Below are positions 25,559 to 39,049 of a DNA stretch of 64,000 nucleotides, piece by piece (position 1 is the first letter of the stretch; every line of letters begins with the position of its first letter). Position numbers and translations under genes: made by a program. The stretch lies in the NCBI RefSeq assembly GCF_036971445.1, contig NC_091471.1:368590001-368654000 (forward strand), written 5' to 3'. The notes beneath the pieces are model-generated. The model was not told where the DNA came from. It was given only the letters and a program-made list of their open reading frames with translations, and searched no databases. This DNA comes from Narcine bancroftii (Eukaryota).

Positions 25559-26391
25559 GCAGCTTATATCAGGGTTTCACAGCAGAGAAGCTGTGAATAG
25601 TAGTAACGGGAGTGGCCAATCTAAATGATAATACAGAATGAGGTCTGGAGATGATCTCTCAGGAAAGTAGAAGACAATGGTTGAGAACTTAATCAGCCTT
25701 CAGTACAGGAACAGGAGCTGAGGAACAATGTTTATGGAAATAAAATGACTTAGATTTCCAAAATTGGATTGGGAAACATTACTATTCCTCTATTAGTTAA
25801 TCTTGGACAAGCAGTAACACAGACCTGGGCAATGGTAGCTATATTGTATAGTATGGCGATCCATGCACAAGATTGCAAACTAGCTAGGAAAGGTCAAGAG
25901 GAACAGCACATCTTTGCCACAGATATAGGGAATGGCACTTGAGTGTTGTTTCATATTGTGGCAAGATTAGAGGAATTCAAACAGAGTTCCAGGAAGGATA
26001 TGCCTTCCTGGATTTGGAAGGCTGCAGTATATTCAAGGAGAGGATTTGACAGGTTGGAGGTTCAAAAGCAGTCTGTGGTGCACATTTTTAAGGTGCAAGA
26101 GCTGGAAATGACTGTAGATTACGATAAGGGTAAATCTTGATGCAAGAAACTAGCATCATATGACATGGATTAGGAAGATAAATTGAGTGGGCACCAGTTA
26201 AGTGTACTGTTTGACTTGCACTTAAGCTCCTGTTCCTGTACTGAAGGCTGGTTAAGTCTGTTCTCAACCATTGTCTTCTACTTTCCCAAGAGATCATCTC
26301 CAGACCTCATTCTGTACTATCATTTAGATTGGCCACTTCTGTTACTACTATTTTCTCAGCTTCTCTGCTGTGAAACCCTGATATAAGCTGC
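25559..26391. repeat. Inverted repeat, arms 25559-25719 and 26225-26391
   Basis: Arms of about 160 bp are reverse complements with scattered mismatches and one short indel; spacer about 505 bp. Confidence 0.9.
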
Positions 26392-26569
26392 AGAATTTAG
26401 TTCTCAAGGAGTTTGAGAAGCAATGAAAATGGAGAGGAAATTTTAACCTGGTGGGCTCACAGGTGAAAAATACCAGAGAGCTGTTTAGTTGGTCTTCAAG
26501 ACAGAATCCACAAGAATTTGGCATGCCTTTAGAAATGAAAGAATTACACTTTAAAAGGTAGTAAAACAA

Positions 26570-27905
26570 AAAAGTCTGCAGATGCTGTGATTGAAGTAAA
26601 AACAATGCTAGAGAAAATTAGCAAGTCAGTGTACTTCATATAGCAGATAAAGAAACCATGTTTCGGGCCTGAGTTCCGGTGAAACACAAGCCCACAGGCA
26701 AGAGGTAATAGGTGGATAAGGGAGGTATGACAGCAAATAGGGGGAATGGCTCTGTGAATGAAGGGAGCGGAGAGCTGGAGGAAAGGAGACAGGGGATAAA
26801 GAGAGAACAGGAAATGCACCAGCAGAAACCAGAGAAGTCGATGATAATGCCATCTGGATGAAGAGTGTTCAGACAGAATTTTGGGTGTCGTTTCTCCAAT
26901 TTACAGGTTGCCTTGGTTTGGCAGTGCTAGGCCATGCGCGCACAATTGAAGTGTTTGGCCACTGGGTGATCCATGCCATTGATGAGGACAGAGTAAAGGG
27001 GCTCAGCAAAGTGATCTCCCAGCTTCCAACCAGTCTCCCTGATGTAGAGAAGGCCACAACAGGAGCACTGCATGCAGAAGATGACTGAGGCCGATTCTCA
27101 AGTGCTGCTTGAAAGGACTGTTTGGTGCCTCGAAAGGTGGTGAGGGAGGTGTGGGTGCAAGTGTGGCACCTCTTGTGGTCACAGGGGAAGATGCCAAGGG
27201 TCCAGCTAATGGGAAGGGGTGAGTGGGTGAACAGATTGGAAAAAAGTGGAGAATTGGGGAATACTTCAGAACAGTGGGGAACCAAAGGGAGCAGGGGAAA
27301 CAGATTGGTCCCATGATGGGACCATGTTGTAGATGATGTAAATTGCAGAGAATAAGATGTGGGTGCAGGGGCTGGTGGGATGGTAGATAAGGACAAGGCA
27401 ATCCTGTTTTGTTGTGTCTCAAGGCAGAAGGGGCCATTGCAAATGTGTGGTAAATGGATGAGGCGGGAAAGGACTGAGTTGATGGTGGTAGAGAAGGCAC
27501 GTTTTTTGATGGAGGAAGACCTCATCTTACAAGCAGATACAATGGAGATGGAGGAATTGAGAGAGAGGAATAGAATCCTTACAGGGGTCTGGGTGTGAAA
27601 GTGTAGTCAACGTAGTTGTGGGAGTTGCTAGGTTTGTAAAATATGTCTGAAGAAAGTTGGTCTCCCAAGATGGAATCCGAGAGATCAAGAAAGGGAAGAG
27701 TGTGATCAGAGATGGAATAAGTAAATTTGAGGTTGATGTGAAAGGTAGTGGCAAAGTTGACGAGCTAATCATGGGTGCACGAGGCAGCTCACTGTAGTCA
27801 CCAATATAACGGAAGAAGAGTTGAGGGTTGCAGCATGGATTGCTCCACGAAGCCAACAAAAAGGAAGGCATAGCTTGGATCCATGCGAATGCCAACTGCA
27901 ACTCC
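26570..27905 (-). mobile_element. Penelope-like element (RT end and GIY-YIG), decayed
   Basis: Frameshifted PQLFFRYIGDY (RT YxDD region) and GIFPCDHKRCHTC...TTFRGTKQSFQ (Cys linker before GIY-YIG); pyrimidine-rich 3' part. Confidence 0.75.
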
Positions 27906-30134
27906 TTTGGAAAATGCGGCTTTAAAAAGTGGTTTGTAATTCTGGAACACTTAAATAATGGTGTTTTGTATTAACATTTACACTTTATTAATGCCCAGAC
28001 ATATATGGCAGTTAAATTAGATATCCATTGTGCATTCTTCAGATTTAAGGGATCTCAGGTAAGGACCATACAAAGCATTCATGTACATAAACTCCCTCAA
28101 AGTCGCAAGGCAAGTGGATAGGATGGCAAAAAGGTTGCATGGCATGCTTGTCTTCATTGTTTAGGGTACTAAATATAAAATGCAAAAAGTAATGTTGAAG
28201 TGAAATATAACTTTGGTTAGGCCACTTTGGGGCATGTACAGGTCAATAAGCACACCAAAAATTAGATACAGGGCTTGATGAGGGCTGCCAAAAAAATTCT
28301 GCAGAATGTTTTGGGATTGCTGTCTATTTGTTACAAGAAGAGACTGGACAAACTTGGCTTACTCTGGAGTCCCAGAGATGTAAAATACTGGAGACCACAA
28401 GTTTAAAGGATATTTGTGAGGATTGTTTTTAAAAAAAAATATTGATGGGTGCCTGTGAAGGTGGTACAAGCAGATGCGATAGCAATGTTTGAGGTTGGAG
28501 AAGATCACACTACCCTCTGAATGAAGCAGCAGATGGCATGAATGGAAGATGATACTGGTGACCTTGAGCAACGAGGGTTAATCTAGTTACGTTGGCATTG
28601 GTGCTTTGGACAGAGTTTATCTCATAATCTTTGTGAACATCAGAGCAGATTGAATTATTAAAAACGTCTGCCTCTGCAATGAAATTGTAAAAAATTAGAG
28701 AATGCTCAGTGGAGAAATTTATATGAAGACCACAGAATATTCATGGATTTTAAATCCTGAAACCAAAGAGGACAATGGATATGCCATATGCTTATAACCA
28801 CATATCATAATTCATTGCAACTTTATTTTATCATGTTAACTAAAAAAATTAGGACTATTTACTCTTATATGATTATTCAGCAATATGTAGTTATTTTCCA
28901 CACCTCATCCCACTTTCCACTTCTTTCCCTGGGAAAGTGTTCAAGAAAATATTCTCAAATAGACTTAGTTCTTGTATTACTGCTGCATAACAACAAATAT
29001 TTTCTAGGTAGGTTTCTGACTGTTCAACCAAATTTGCCATTAAACAGGTTTTCAAGTTAGGCACCTGGTATTCACCAGGTTAAAAGATCTAATACTCTAA
29101 TTCACTCGAAAATGAAGCTATCAGTTTAATGAAGAATCAGATTATTTCCTTCCGATTTCTTGAAAATTGATTAATGCTGGAGTCTCAGCTGTAATCAAGA
29201 TGACTGCTGTTCAACCTGTGATCCAGTTTGCTGAATTTGGCCTCTATTCCAATTTGAGAGAAACTGAATAAACGTGAACAAGAGTGTGCATGTGCCAAGG
29301 TGGGAGATAGTGAAAGCATATTTGCACTTCAAGTCAGGTGAAAACAAAATTACTGACTTGTCTCTGTTGAGGAATTAACAGCAAGTAACAAAATTGAATT
29401 GGTATTAGTATTATATTAATACTAATTGGTATTATTATCAAAAGTATTATACACACAATATAAATAGCAATTTTGAGATAGCGAGACTACTGTTAATTTA
29501 ATCATTTCTGCAAATATTGCATGAGCTAATTATTTCTTAAGAGGAAGACAATCTTTAGAGATAATTAGCTGACTCAATAGAAATATCTAAAAACCAAAAT
29601 AATTGCTACAAGGTGAAATAATAACCAACATTTACCAATTTTAAGTATCAAGAGTCAATGCAACATTTAATTGAAACAAAACTAAGGGAGAAACCAATTT
29701 TTTTATGGCAACAAAATATTGTGATGTTCCCAATCTCCTGGTTCTGAATACACCAACTACAAAATAAAAATGAGAATGCATTCAATTAGAATAATAAATG
29801 AAGACCAAAGACAAAACTTAATTTTAAATTTAGAATTCATGGTACTGGCAATGAACATGAGAATTCTGTATATCCAACTAGAGCACAACCCCAAATCATT
29901 TATCAGGTTTAAATCAAGTCCAATCAGGTTCTGTCAACATGGTCTGAATGAGTTACTTAGTGTTATTGCCCATGTCCTTAGTCTGTCATTCGTAATAGGA
30001 TCAATAGGATGCTTAAGATTGTTGTTTTTCTAATGGTGGCGATGGTTCAGACAATGATAAAGTTGGAAAGACTTGGACCAGATTAAATTTGACCAGAGTT
30101 AAATTGGATTTTTAATTTTATGCCCAAGCAGGTA

Positions 30135-30509
30135 TTTATTTTGAAAATTTTTTGAATACACTCATGATCAAAATGGAGATTTCTAAATTGAGAGCTTTAA
30201 GATAAAATCCAATTTATTCGCTGTACAACTTTATTCAGTTCAAGCAAAACTTGAACAGAAATAAATTTATGGTAATAAAAATCATCTCATAAATTTGAGC
30301 CAACAACGTAATTGTTTCGCTCGATTGTTTAGCTCAATATAACTGTTAATTTAAGGAAGAGTTTACAAAAATATCTTTACATCAGATAATTGCACTGAAG
30401 GAGAAACCAATTGACATTCGATATTCATAAATGGCTAGAATCACAATCACCAAGAAGGTAAAATCCTAAAAGTGAATTAGTTTAATCTTTCACCATAGTT
30501 TTCTTTATT
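30135..30509 (-). terminator. Candidate JMJD6 polyadenylation signals
   Basis: Minus-strand AATAAA hexamers at 30504-30509, 30230-30235, 30213-30218 and 30135-30140 in AT-rich sequence downstream of the stop. Which one is used is unknown. Confidence 0.4.
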
Positions 30510-30545
30510 TTACGTTGTAATGTCGATTTCTTCCAGTGTTTCTTG

Positions 30546-30677
30546 TCACCTGGAAGAACTGCGTTCTTTGCTCACACAGTCATCTCGAGATTGAGAGCTA
30601 CCATCTTCCATCATATTGCAGGTTCTTCTTTTCTTCCTTCGGTGGGTCATTCCATCTCCTTCTGCCCCAGAGTCACA
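30546..30677 (-). CDS. JMJD6: JMJD6 last coding exon (exon 6)
   Basis: actag|TGT GAC TCT GGG ... TCC AGG TGA. Encodes [43 protein letters not shown], with an NLS-like RRKKRR. Confidence 0.96.
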   Translation of the reverse strand, partial: CDSGAEGDGMTHRRKKRRTCNMMEDGSSQSRDDCVSKERSSSR

Positions 30678-30997
30678 CTAGTTTTCCAAAGGAGAAAAAT
30701 AAACTTATGAAGGAAAAAAACTAACAAACATTTTCAACAAATTGTCCTTTGCATTGAGCCACATAGGCACATTTCCTCTCAACAATTTTTCTCTCATAGG
30801 AATTCATGACATACATAATATAGAAAAGCTCATGAAAGGTGACTATCAGCATTGAGCAATACATATAACTACCTAGCAAGGACAACAGCTGCAAGGAAAA
30901 TGAAATAAAGGAGTGTGCTGTGAGGTGCTCCAATGTTATACAGTGAATTCCTTTATTCAAATATTGATGCAGCTGTGTTGGAGAAACAAAAATGTTT

Positions 30998-32581
30998 CTC
31001 ATTTAATAGTTGTGATCAGTGGATACATGACATCACTACATCCATTGTTTTACCTTATATATGGGGTATTGCATTACTTCTTAAGGTGATGTCAAACAAA
31101 GCCTTGTCTTATCAATCTTGGACTGTTATGAAATTCAAGATGTATTCCTCTGGTATTGGCAGAAGATAGTAAACTTTTATACAAAATAAACAGAAACCAA
31201 ACTAAATTAAATGGAGAGGAAAAACTGGCAGGAAATTGTTAAGCTTAAGGGCCTATCAAGGGTACAGATAGATGAAACATACCATATGACATTAGTTCAG
31301 CTTCCAACTCATTCAAAGTGAAGTAGGAACAAACATTTGACAAGTTTTATGGGGTCATTTAAAGGGACAAAGCAGACTAAAAATAAATAATGGAAGAAAA
31401 AGCAAATAACTATCTTAATGATTTACTTCAACAAAGGCTCCATAAGTAGCAATGAAACAATGAAATAAGTGTGTTTCCAAATGAGAAATTATAAAGAAAT
31501 AAATTTTCTTGCCACATCTTTTGTTCAATTAGAAAGTGGCTAAATTAACAAAATTTGCAGATTTTAAAAAATGTATATCGTAAAAATTAAGGGTATTTAA
31601 GGACATTAATTTTAAAAGCAGGCAGCACGAAAACACTGAATGATAGCAGATTAGTTTCAGAATAGCTTTATAAAGAGGAGCCTGAACAAATGCAGCCCAA
31701 TCCCATAAATGTTCAAAATTACCACTGATCTCTTATTTCTGCATAATCAGAAACAATATCAAGAGACTGGTTTCTTAAACTATCTATGACATAAACCAAG
31801 TGTTTGTTAGTTGAAATAGAAGTCACTTTTGAATTATAATTTGGCTTACGTTTGAAGAACAATCCTTACATTGCTTTTGTGGAACAAATTGTTGGTTTAA
31901 ATAAACAATCCATTGGATGAAAGCTATCAGCCTGGATCAAATGCACTACATATAGTCATTAGTCTCTGACCTCTTCAATTCCAATTAATTCGATCCAAAT
32001 CAGTTCATAGTTGAACAGAACCACACTGTTTAGTCTGTAGAAGTTTATCATTCCAGTTAAAACAGCTCATTGAAGATGACATCCCTAAAAAAATAGGGAT
32101 ATTGCTGCTGGGTAAAAATATTGTCAGCTGGCTTCAGCTTCAGTGGATATCGGGAGCTTTTCAACCTCATATTTCATTTTTTTTTCCTGTCAGTGAATTG
32201 CATCATACAAATTTACACACTCCCATCGATATCCTGTCCTAATTTTCAGAGTTTCAGAACAGCCTCTCTCAAAAAAAATGATTATGTACAAGGAATCTTA
32301 TCTTGTATAGTGTCACGTAAAGAAATAATATTTAAGGTCACTGAGAACACAGAAGCCTCTCGACAGACAAGATGTTACCGTCTGCCAACTTCAAAGGGGA
32401 AACTACTAAGTCACAGTTTCTAGAGGCGACAGACCAAGTGTGCCTTAAATCCCCCCCAAACCTCTGACGATCCGAATGCCATGAGGCCTCATGCCTCAAG
32501 TCGGCATCGACCACGACCAATACATCCTTCATGATTTCTCGGGGGCTAACACTGCTCCACTGATCACAACTATTAAATGAG
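30998..32581. repeat. Perfect 26-bp inverted repeat, arms 30998-31023 and 32556-32581
   Basis: CTCATTTAATAGTTGTGATCAGTGGA and its exact reverse complement, both inside JMJD6 intron 5. Confidence 0.9.
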
Positions 32582-33269
32582 TGAACTGAGATTGCATGCT
32601 CATCCTAAGCAATGCCACCACAGTCTTTCATGGTCTTATTCCAGATACATGCTCTTGCTTTTATTCTTGTCATATTATTTCCTTTCCATCTTTAATGAAA
32701 AGTAAAATGGATGTCAGCCATTTACTGTCATATATTCATTAAGTTTAACAGCAAAGGTTTCAATTTCTCAAACATTTCAACATATACAGTATCAGGTGCA
32801 AAATTAAGGTTGTCACCAGACATCATGGATCAGTTATCAAAGGAAATCACTCTTGAATTTATACTTAAATGCATTTTGTAACGGTTTTATATCTAGGATA
32901 ACAAAACTGATTGAACCAGTTTAATTTATCAAAGTTATTTAGAAATTGTCCCATTTCTTAGTTACCCTGAACATCAAAGACCAAAATCTATTATTTTGCT
33001 GAGCATATTTTCAAATTTAATTGTGAAGGCATGTATAATTTTCCAGCATAGAGTTGCAGCAAGGATATACAAACAAATGTTGTCAAGAGATAGAAAGAAT
33101 TATGCACTGAATTGCATCCTCTAATTATCTATGTTCTGGGTTTTCCATTTCTAATTGCAAGAATGGGATTCATGTCATGATTTCATATTTATTTATTAAA
33201 CATGTTACTAGTTTTATCTCGTTTTATTCCACTTTTACTGATAACACCATAAAGTTACAAAGTAACTTA

Positions 33270-33440
<171 letters not shown>

Positions 33441-33703
33441 TCATTATACAAAAGAGAGCAAACGTGATTCTTCTCAATGAATTGTCAATTGAACGATAAA
33501 ATTGTATGTTAATTAACATCTATGCTTAAACTGATTTATTTTTTGTCAGACTCCATGTGTTCAATTTGTAATTGCAAGTATTTTTATTTGTGCTTTTGTA
33601 TTATTTAAGAAAATTAAGTCAAATTTCTAATTTTCAATTCCAAATTCAATTTAGCTCAACCAAAAAAGTTGCCAGACAGGAAAAAAAGAAATATTCTGTT
33701 ATC

Positions 33704-35260
33704 TGTTATGAGCCCAAAGGACCCCAAAACCCAGCAGCAATAGACAATCACCAAGACAAGTAGTTACTTAAACAAAAGTTGTTTTTAATTATCTTTAAAC
33801 ATGAAAATAGAATCAAACTTTAACTTATCTCTATTAACTTAACTGAACCCAACTTAACCCCCTTCTAATTCTAAGCGCATGTGTATGTAATGTGTGTGTA
33901 AATAAGTTATTTGGTTCACAGTTCAATCTCACTTCTCATTCCTCCAAGTTCACTGGTTGCAGACAATTCTTATTACTGTGCACTGAATTTAACATGTATA
34001 AAGTTCACCAGGCGTTGGTGCTCGAAAGGTAAATTTTTACCACTCAGGAAGATTCTCGTAGGGTTTGCAGAGAGATTTATTGTTTCAGGATTTCCCCAAC
34101 TGAGGTTCCACCATTAGTCTCCTCAATGTCTTGCTGATGAAAGTTGCCCCATCAGGGTTTTCCAGATGATAACCTCTTTCTTTCAAGCTACTACAGAGTT
34201 CCTTTCTGTTCATCTTATTCCAAGAGAAACATCAGACAGATAGCACTTTCAGCCATCCGCCACTCTGGAGTTTGTTTCAGTTCCAACCATCTTCTCCTAC
34301 TTGTTTCGGCTGTTTTTCTCTCTCTCTCTCCAACTGAGAGAAAGCCCATGTGACTCTCACTTGCAAAACTCCTGACCTTCTCCAGCAAACAATAGGAGTT
34401 AGTCTTCTTGGTCAAGTTGTTGTCTTTAGATAAACAAAAAACCAGGAGTGACCTTTCTGTCACTGTCAAAACCCTTGCAAAGAGCTTTTAACACCCAGAG
34501 CATCTCCTGCTTGTTGCTTTAATGACATCATTTCAATTAGCACCTACTTGTGAAATGTGCACAGCACAAGTTTCTGTAAATTCACTAAATATGAATTATT
34601 CAATATTTAAAATAAGATCGGTTTTAGTGTGTGTATGTAACCTACTCTAATTTTACCAATTTATCTCCCAAATTTTCCATTACACCTCCCCTCCTTTAAA
34701 GGAATTTTAACTCGAGTTAAAATTCAGTAATAACTAACCGGTCTTTAAAATCACTAAAGATATAACAATTCATATATACATGTTTTAATAAAGTAACAAT
34801 ATGGAGAGCATTTTATACATGATCAATTTTAACATCTTGACAATCTGCTATACTATTATTTGAACCTCTGATATGAATAATTTGCAGATTATAATCTTGT
34901 AATATCAAACTCCAGTTTAACAATCTTCTGTTCTTGTTCTTCATTTTATTCAAAAACACCAGAGGATTGTGGTCAGTAAATATCACAATTGGTTCCTGAG
35001 AGGAAATTTTGCAGAGCAAGCCTGATAGACAACAGTTCTTTTTCAATAGTGGAATAGTTCCTTTGATGAACATTGAATTTTCTTGAAAAGTAGGCAACAG
35101 GATGGTCAATTTCATGATCTTTCTGCAATAAAACTGAACCTGCTGCCCCCTCACTCACATCGACTGCTACAGAAAAAGGATGATCAAAATCAGGAGATTT
35201 TTTTTCAACACCAGGATAATGGCATAGCATATCCTTTTCAGAACTAAAGGACAGGGACAA
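33704..35260 (-). mobile_element. Ty3/Gypsy LTR retrotransposon 3' end (RNase H, PPT, 3' LTR), Gmr1-like
   Basis: RNase H peptides PDFDHPFSVAVDVS..GSVLLQ..HPVAYFSRKFNVHQRNYSTIEKELL and FTDHNPLVFL..RLLNWSLILQDY..IADC. PPT AAAGGAGGGGAGG at 34685-34697 abuts an LTR TGTAA...TAACA (34684-33704). Confidence 0.88.
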
Positions 35261-35399
35261 TTTTGCTCTCAGTGGTTGCCAACACCATTGCTTTCCTATT
35301 CAATTTCAAGAATTAAAAACCTAAAGGACTACACATGGATAATTCAAAGACATAATGACCTATCAAATTTCATGTCACTATAAAACTCAGTGTCCCCCT

Positions 35400-36905
35400 G
35401 ATAAATGGGCTCCCTGCATAGCCACAGCAGAGGTGAGGAACCCACACAGGGCAGTGGGAGCAAACATCATACCTGGTTGGGTACTGAAGGACTGTGCAGA
35501 TTAGCTGATGGCAGTCTTTACATACATTTTCAACATCTTTCTGCATCAGCCCATCGTCTCTGTGTTTCAACACAGCCACCATCATTCCAGTACCAAAGAA
35601 GGCAACAGTAACAAGCCTCAATGAACTACTGCTCCATGGCTCTGACCTCTAACATAATGGAATAATTTGAGTGTCTGGTGATGGAATGCATCAAACCACA
35701 CCTCCCAGACACATTGGATCCATTTCAATTCTCCTACAGAAGAAAGCATTCCACTGATGTTTTTGCCTTGGCCCTCCACTCTGTCGTGACCCACCAGAAG
35801 AATAATGCTTCATACACCAGGCTGTTGTTCATTGGCTTCAGCTTGGTGTTTAACATGATCATTCCCTCAAGGTTGGAAGAGAAGCTATCCTTGATGGGAC
35901 TCAACACTCCTCTCTGTAACTGGATTCTGGACATCCTAATGGATAGATCACACTCTGTACAGTTGGTAGCAGAGAGTTGAACACCGTCATGCTGATCACT
36001 GGCTCTTCTCAGGGCTGCGTGCTCAGCCCACTGCTCTTCACACAACTGTCCAACGACTGTAACGTCAAGCTTACAGACGACAACAGTAGTTGGCCTCAAC
36101 AACAATGATGAGTTACTCTAAAGGGAAGAGGTGTAAAATCTTGTGATAAGGTGTGACAATAACTGAGCCTCAATATGGACAAGACAAAGGATATAATTGT
36201 GGGTTTTAGGAGGACCAGGAACAACCACCCTCCACCATAGATTAGTAACTCAGAAGTGCAGAGAGCACCAAGTTCCCCAGTTCACTTAACAAGTGAACTA
36301 TCCTGGACACACATCTCTTTACTTGCCAGGAAGGTACAACAGCTACTGCAATTCCTGAGAAGACTGAGGTGGGCAAGATTACCAGCCACCATCATGTCAA
36401 TCTTCAACAGGAGATCCATCAAGAGCGTTGTGGTGGGATGCATCACAGTCTGGTATGGTTGCTGTAGAGAAGTGGATCAGAGGTCAATCTAAATGACGAA
36501 GAGAGACATAGGATCACAACAGTCTCCCTCCTCTCTCCCCACCCCATCAACATGATCTACCAGGATCATTGTCTAAAGAGGGCGTGCAAAATTGTTAAGC
36601 ATCCTATCACCCTGCATACACCATCTGTCAGTTACTTCTATTAGGAAAGATAGAAGAGCATCACAGCCAGCATCAACCAGGCTGAGAAACAGTTTCTTCC
36701 CATGGGCAGTGAGAATACCGAACAAATTAAATGCTCACACTAACCATCCAAGACTTTACTATTTATTAAACAATATTTATTTTTCTCCGATATTTGGCCT
36801 GCATCTGTATTGGTTGTCTGTATGTGTGTTATGTCTGGTTGTACATTTGCCAATTTTGCAGCAAGGACTGGAGAAAGCTGTTTCATTGGACTTTAATAAA
36901 CTTGA
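35400..36905 (+). mobile_element. Decayed Rex1/Babar-like LINE
   Basis: IPVPKK, LDPFQFSYR, YTRLLFIGFSLVFNMI, LCNWILDIL, GSSQGCVLSPLLF and ITVWYG motifs with many frameshifts. Confidence 0.8.
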
Positions 36906-37355
36906 AAATTTGTGTGCTCAGATCAACGTGTAAATATTATATCCAGAGAAAACTAAGTACAAAAGAACTAACCGAAGAGACCAGGTTTGTTCAAATATTG
37001 ATGTGGATCTAACCTATTTTATCATCCTTGGAGAAAATGAACTATTTGTTTCAATAGTTTTGATCATGAAAAGCAGATGAAGTGTTGGCAGAAGAAGAGT
37101 GATTATGTCACTGGACAACAATTTAAAATCACTGAATTCATGATTCAAAGACAGGTTCTAATCTTATTGTGATAGCTGAACATTCAAAATCGCTGAAATC
37201 CATGAAGGACACTGTGAAAACGAGATAGCAGCAAGGATTCAGGACATCCCCATTTGCAGGAGTAACCCTTAAATACACTTATTAATATGATTCTTCATGA
37301 AAAGAAAATTATACATAGCATTAATGAATAATAATGCTATAATAATGAATAATAA

Positions 37356-37796
37356 TCCAGCTGCGCTGGATGGGTCACGTCTCCAGAATGGAGGACCATC
37401 GCCTTCCCAAGATCGTGTTATATGGCGAGCTCTCCACTGGCCACCGTGACAGAGGTGCACCAAAGAAAAGGTACAAGGACTGCCTAAAGGAATCTCTTGG
37501 TGCCTGCCCCATTGACCACCGCCAGTGGGCTGATAACACCTCAAACCGTGCATCTTGGCGCCTCACAGTTTGGCGGGCAGCAACCTCCTTTGAAGAAGAC
37601 CGCAGAGCCCACCTCACTGACAAAAGGCAAAGGAGGAAAAACCCAACACCCAACCCCAACCAACCAATTTTCCCTTGCAACCGCTGCAATCGTGTCTGCC
37701 TGTCCCGCATCGGACTTGTCAGCCACAAACGAGCCTGCAGCTGACGTGGACTTTTTACCCCCTCCATAAATCTTCGTCCGCGAAGCCAAGCCAAAG
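37356..37796 (+). mobile_element. RTE-clade LINE 3' fragment
   Basis: Near-identical to 14662-15104; 12-bp TSD AATGAATAATAA at 37344-37355 and 37797-37808. Confidence 0.95.
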
Positions 37797-39049
37797 AATG
37801 AATAATAAAAAATATCAAAGCTAGCCACAGAAATAAAAGTGGAATAAAATAAAACATCAATAGCTCATCAGTGATGTAGGAGATGGGGGGGGGGGGTGGA
37901 GGGTGAGTGTGAGCATTTTTCAAAATTGGTGCCCCCCCCCCCTTCCCGGATTCCAACACCCTTCCCACCGATGATATCCCACCTACCCACACTCTGGTCT
38001 GACGATGCTGCCACCTTCCCCCTTTCTGGTTCTACGCCGCTGCACTCCCTGGTACGATGCTATCACCGCCACTGGTGAAATATCAGTGTGGCCTGCTATT
38101 CAACCACTGACTCACCATCTGGTATACGCAGTGGTGCTTTTTTATGTGCTCACTCACCCTAACCTTGGAAGCTGGCTACTCCCCTGTAGCTAATATCAGT
38201 TCTCCTTATCTGTTTAAAAATACACGATTTCTTTATGAAGACAAGATACATAAAATTCAGATGGAAATATTCAGATTAAGAATGTAGATTTTTTTGTATC
38301 ATGAAATTGAAGTATGACAAATTGTTCTAAAAGTGGGAAAATTAGATCATCAGTTTAGCAGCAATAAAAGGCAATTTTGTACAAATCAAAAGATGTTGTT
38401 AAAAAGTTTTCCAAGGCCCTTCTAGTGAACCGTGCATTGTTTAAACCATCTTACTGAGCAGGTATGGATAAGCACAAAATATTAATTTGGCAGAAATAGA
38501 AATTTAGAGACATGGCTACCAAAATCGGCTGTTTTATTTTTGCAAAATACTTAAATTTTTCAATTGTAGTTTGTTATTTTTAAATTAATTAACAAATGCA
38601 TCTGTTCAAATTGTTTACCATGAAGGAGTTTGAAACATTTATAGAATTTCAAACATTAATCTGTCAATGGCATAAACAAAGTTAGCCATACAAATTAAAA
38701 ATGTTGGAAGTCAGCTATAATGAACTAGCAAATGCAGCCAGTTACAAAAGTACTCGTCTTGATGTCCAATGGCTCATAGTAGTGAAACTGCTTTGACTCT
38801 AATCAGAAATGCAAATGGTTTATTAGATGAGCAAAATGTTCAGCACGGACATGCATACTAAGACTTTGTGACTCACTTTTCAGCAAGTTCTGCCAGAACC
38901 ATGTAAAAACAACAGAACATGGTTTGTCCTCACTTGGATTAATGGAGGAATCCATTTATTACACTCAGATTGCCACTTCAGCAAAATACTACTCTAGACT
39001 CAAAAGCAACTGAAATATTTTGCTTGAGAAAAATTGTCAGCTTAAATTA

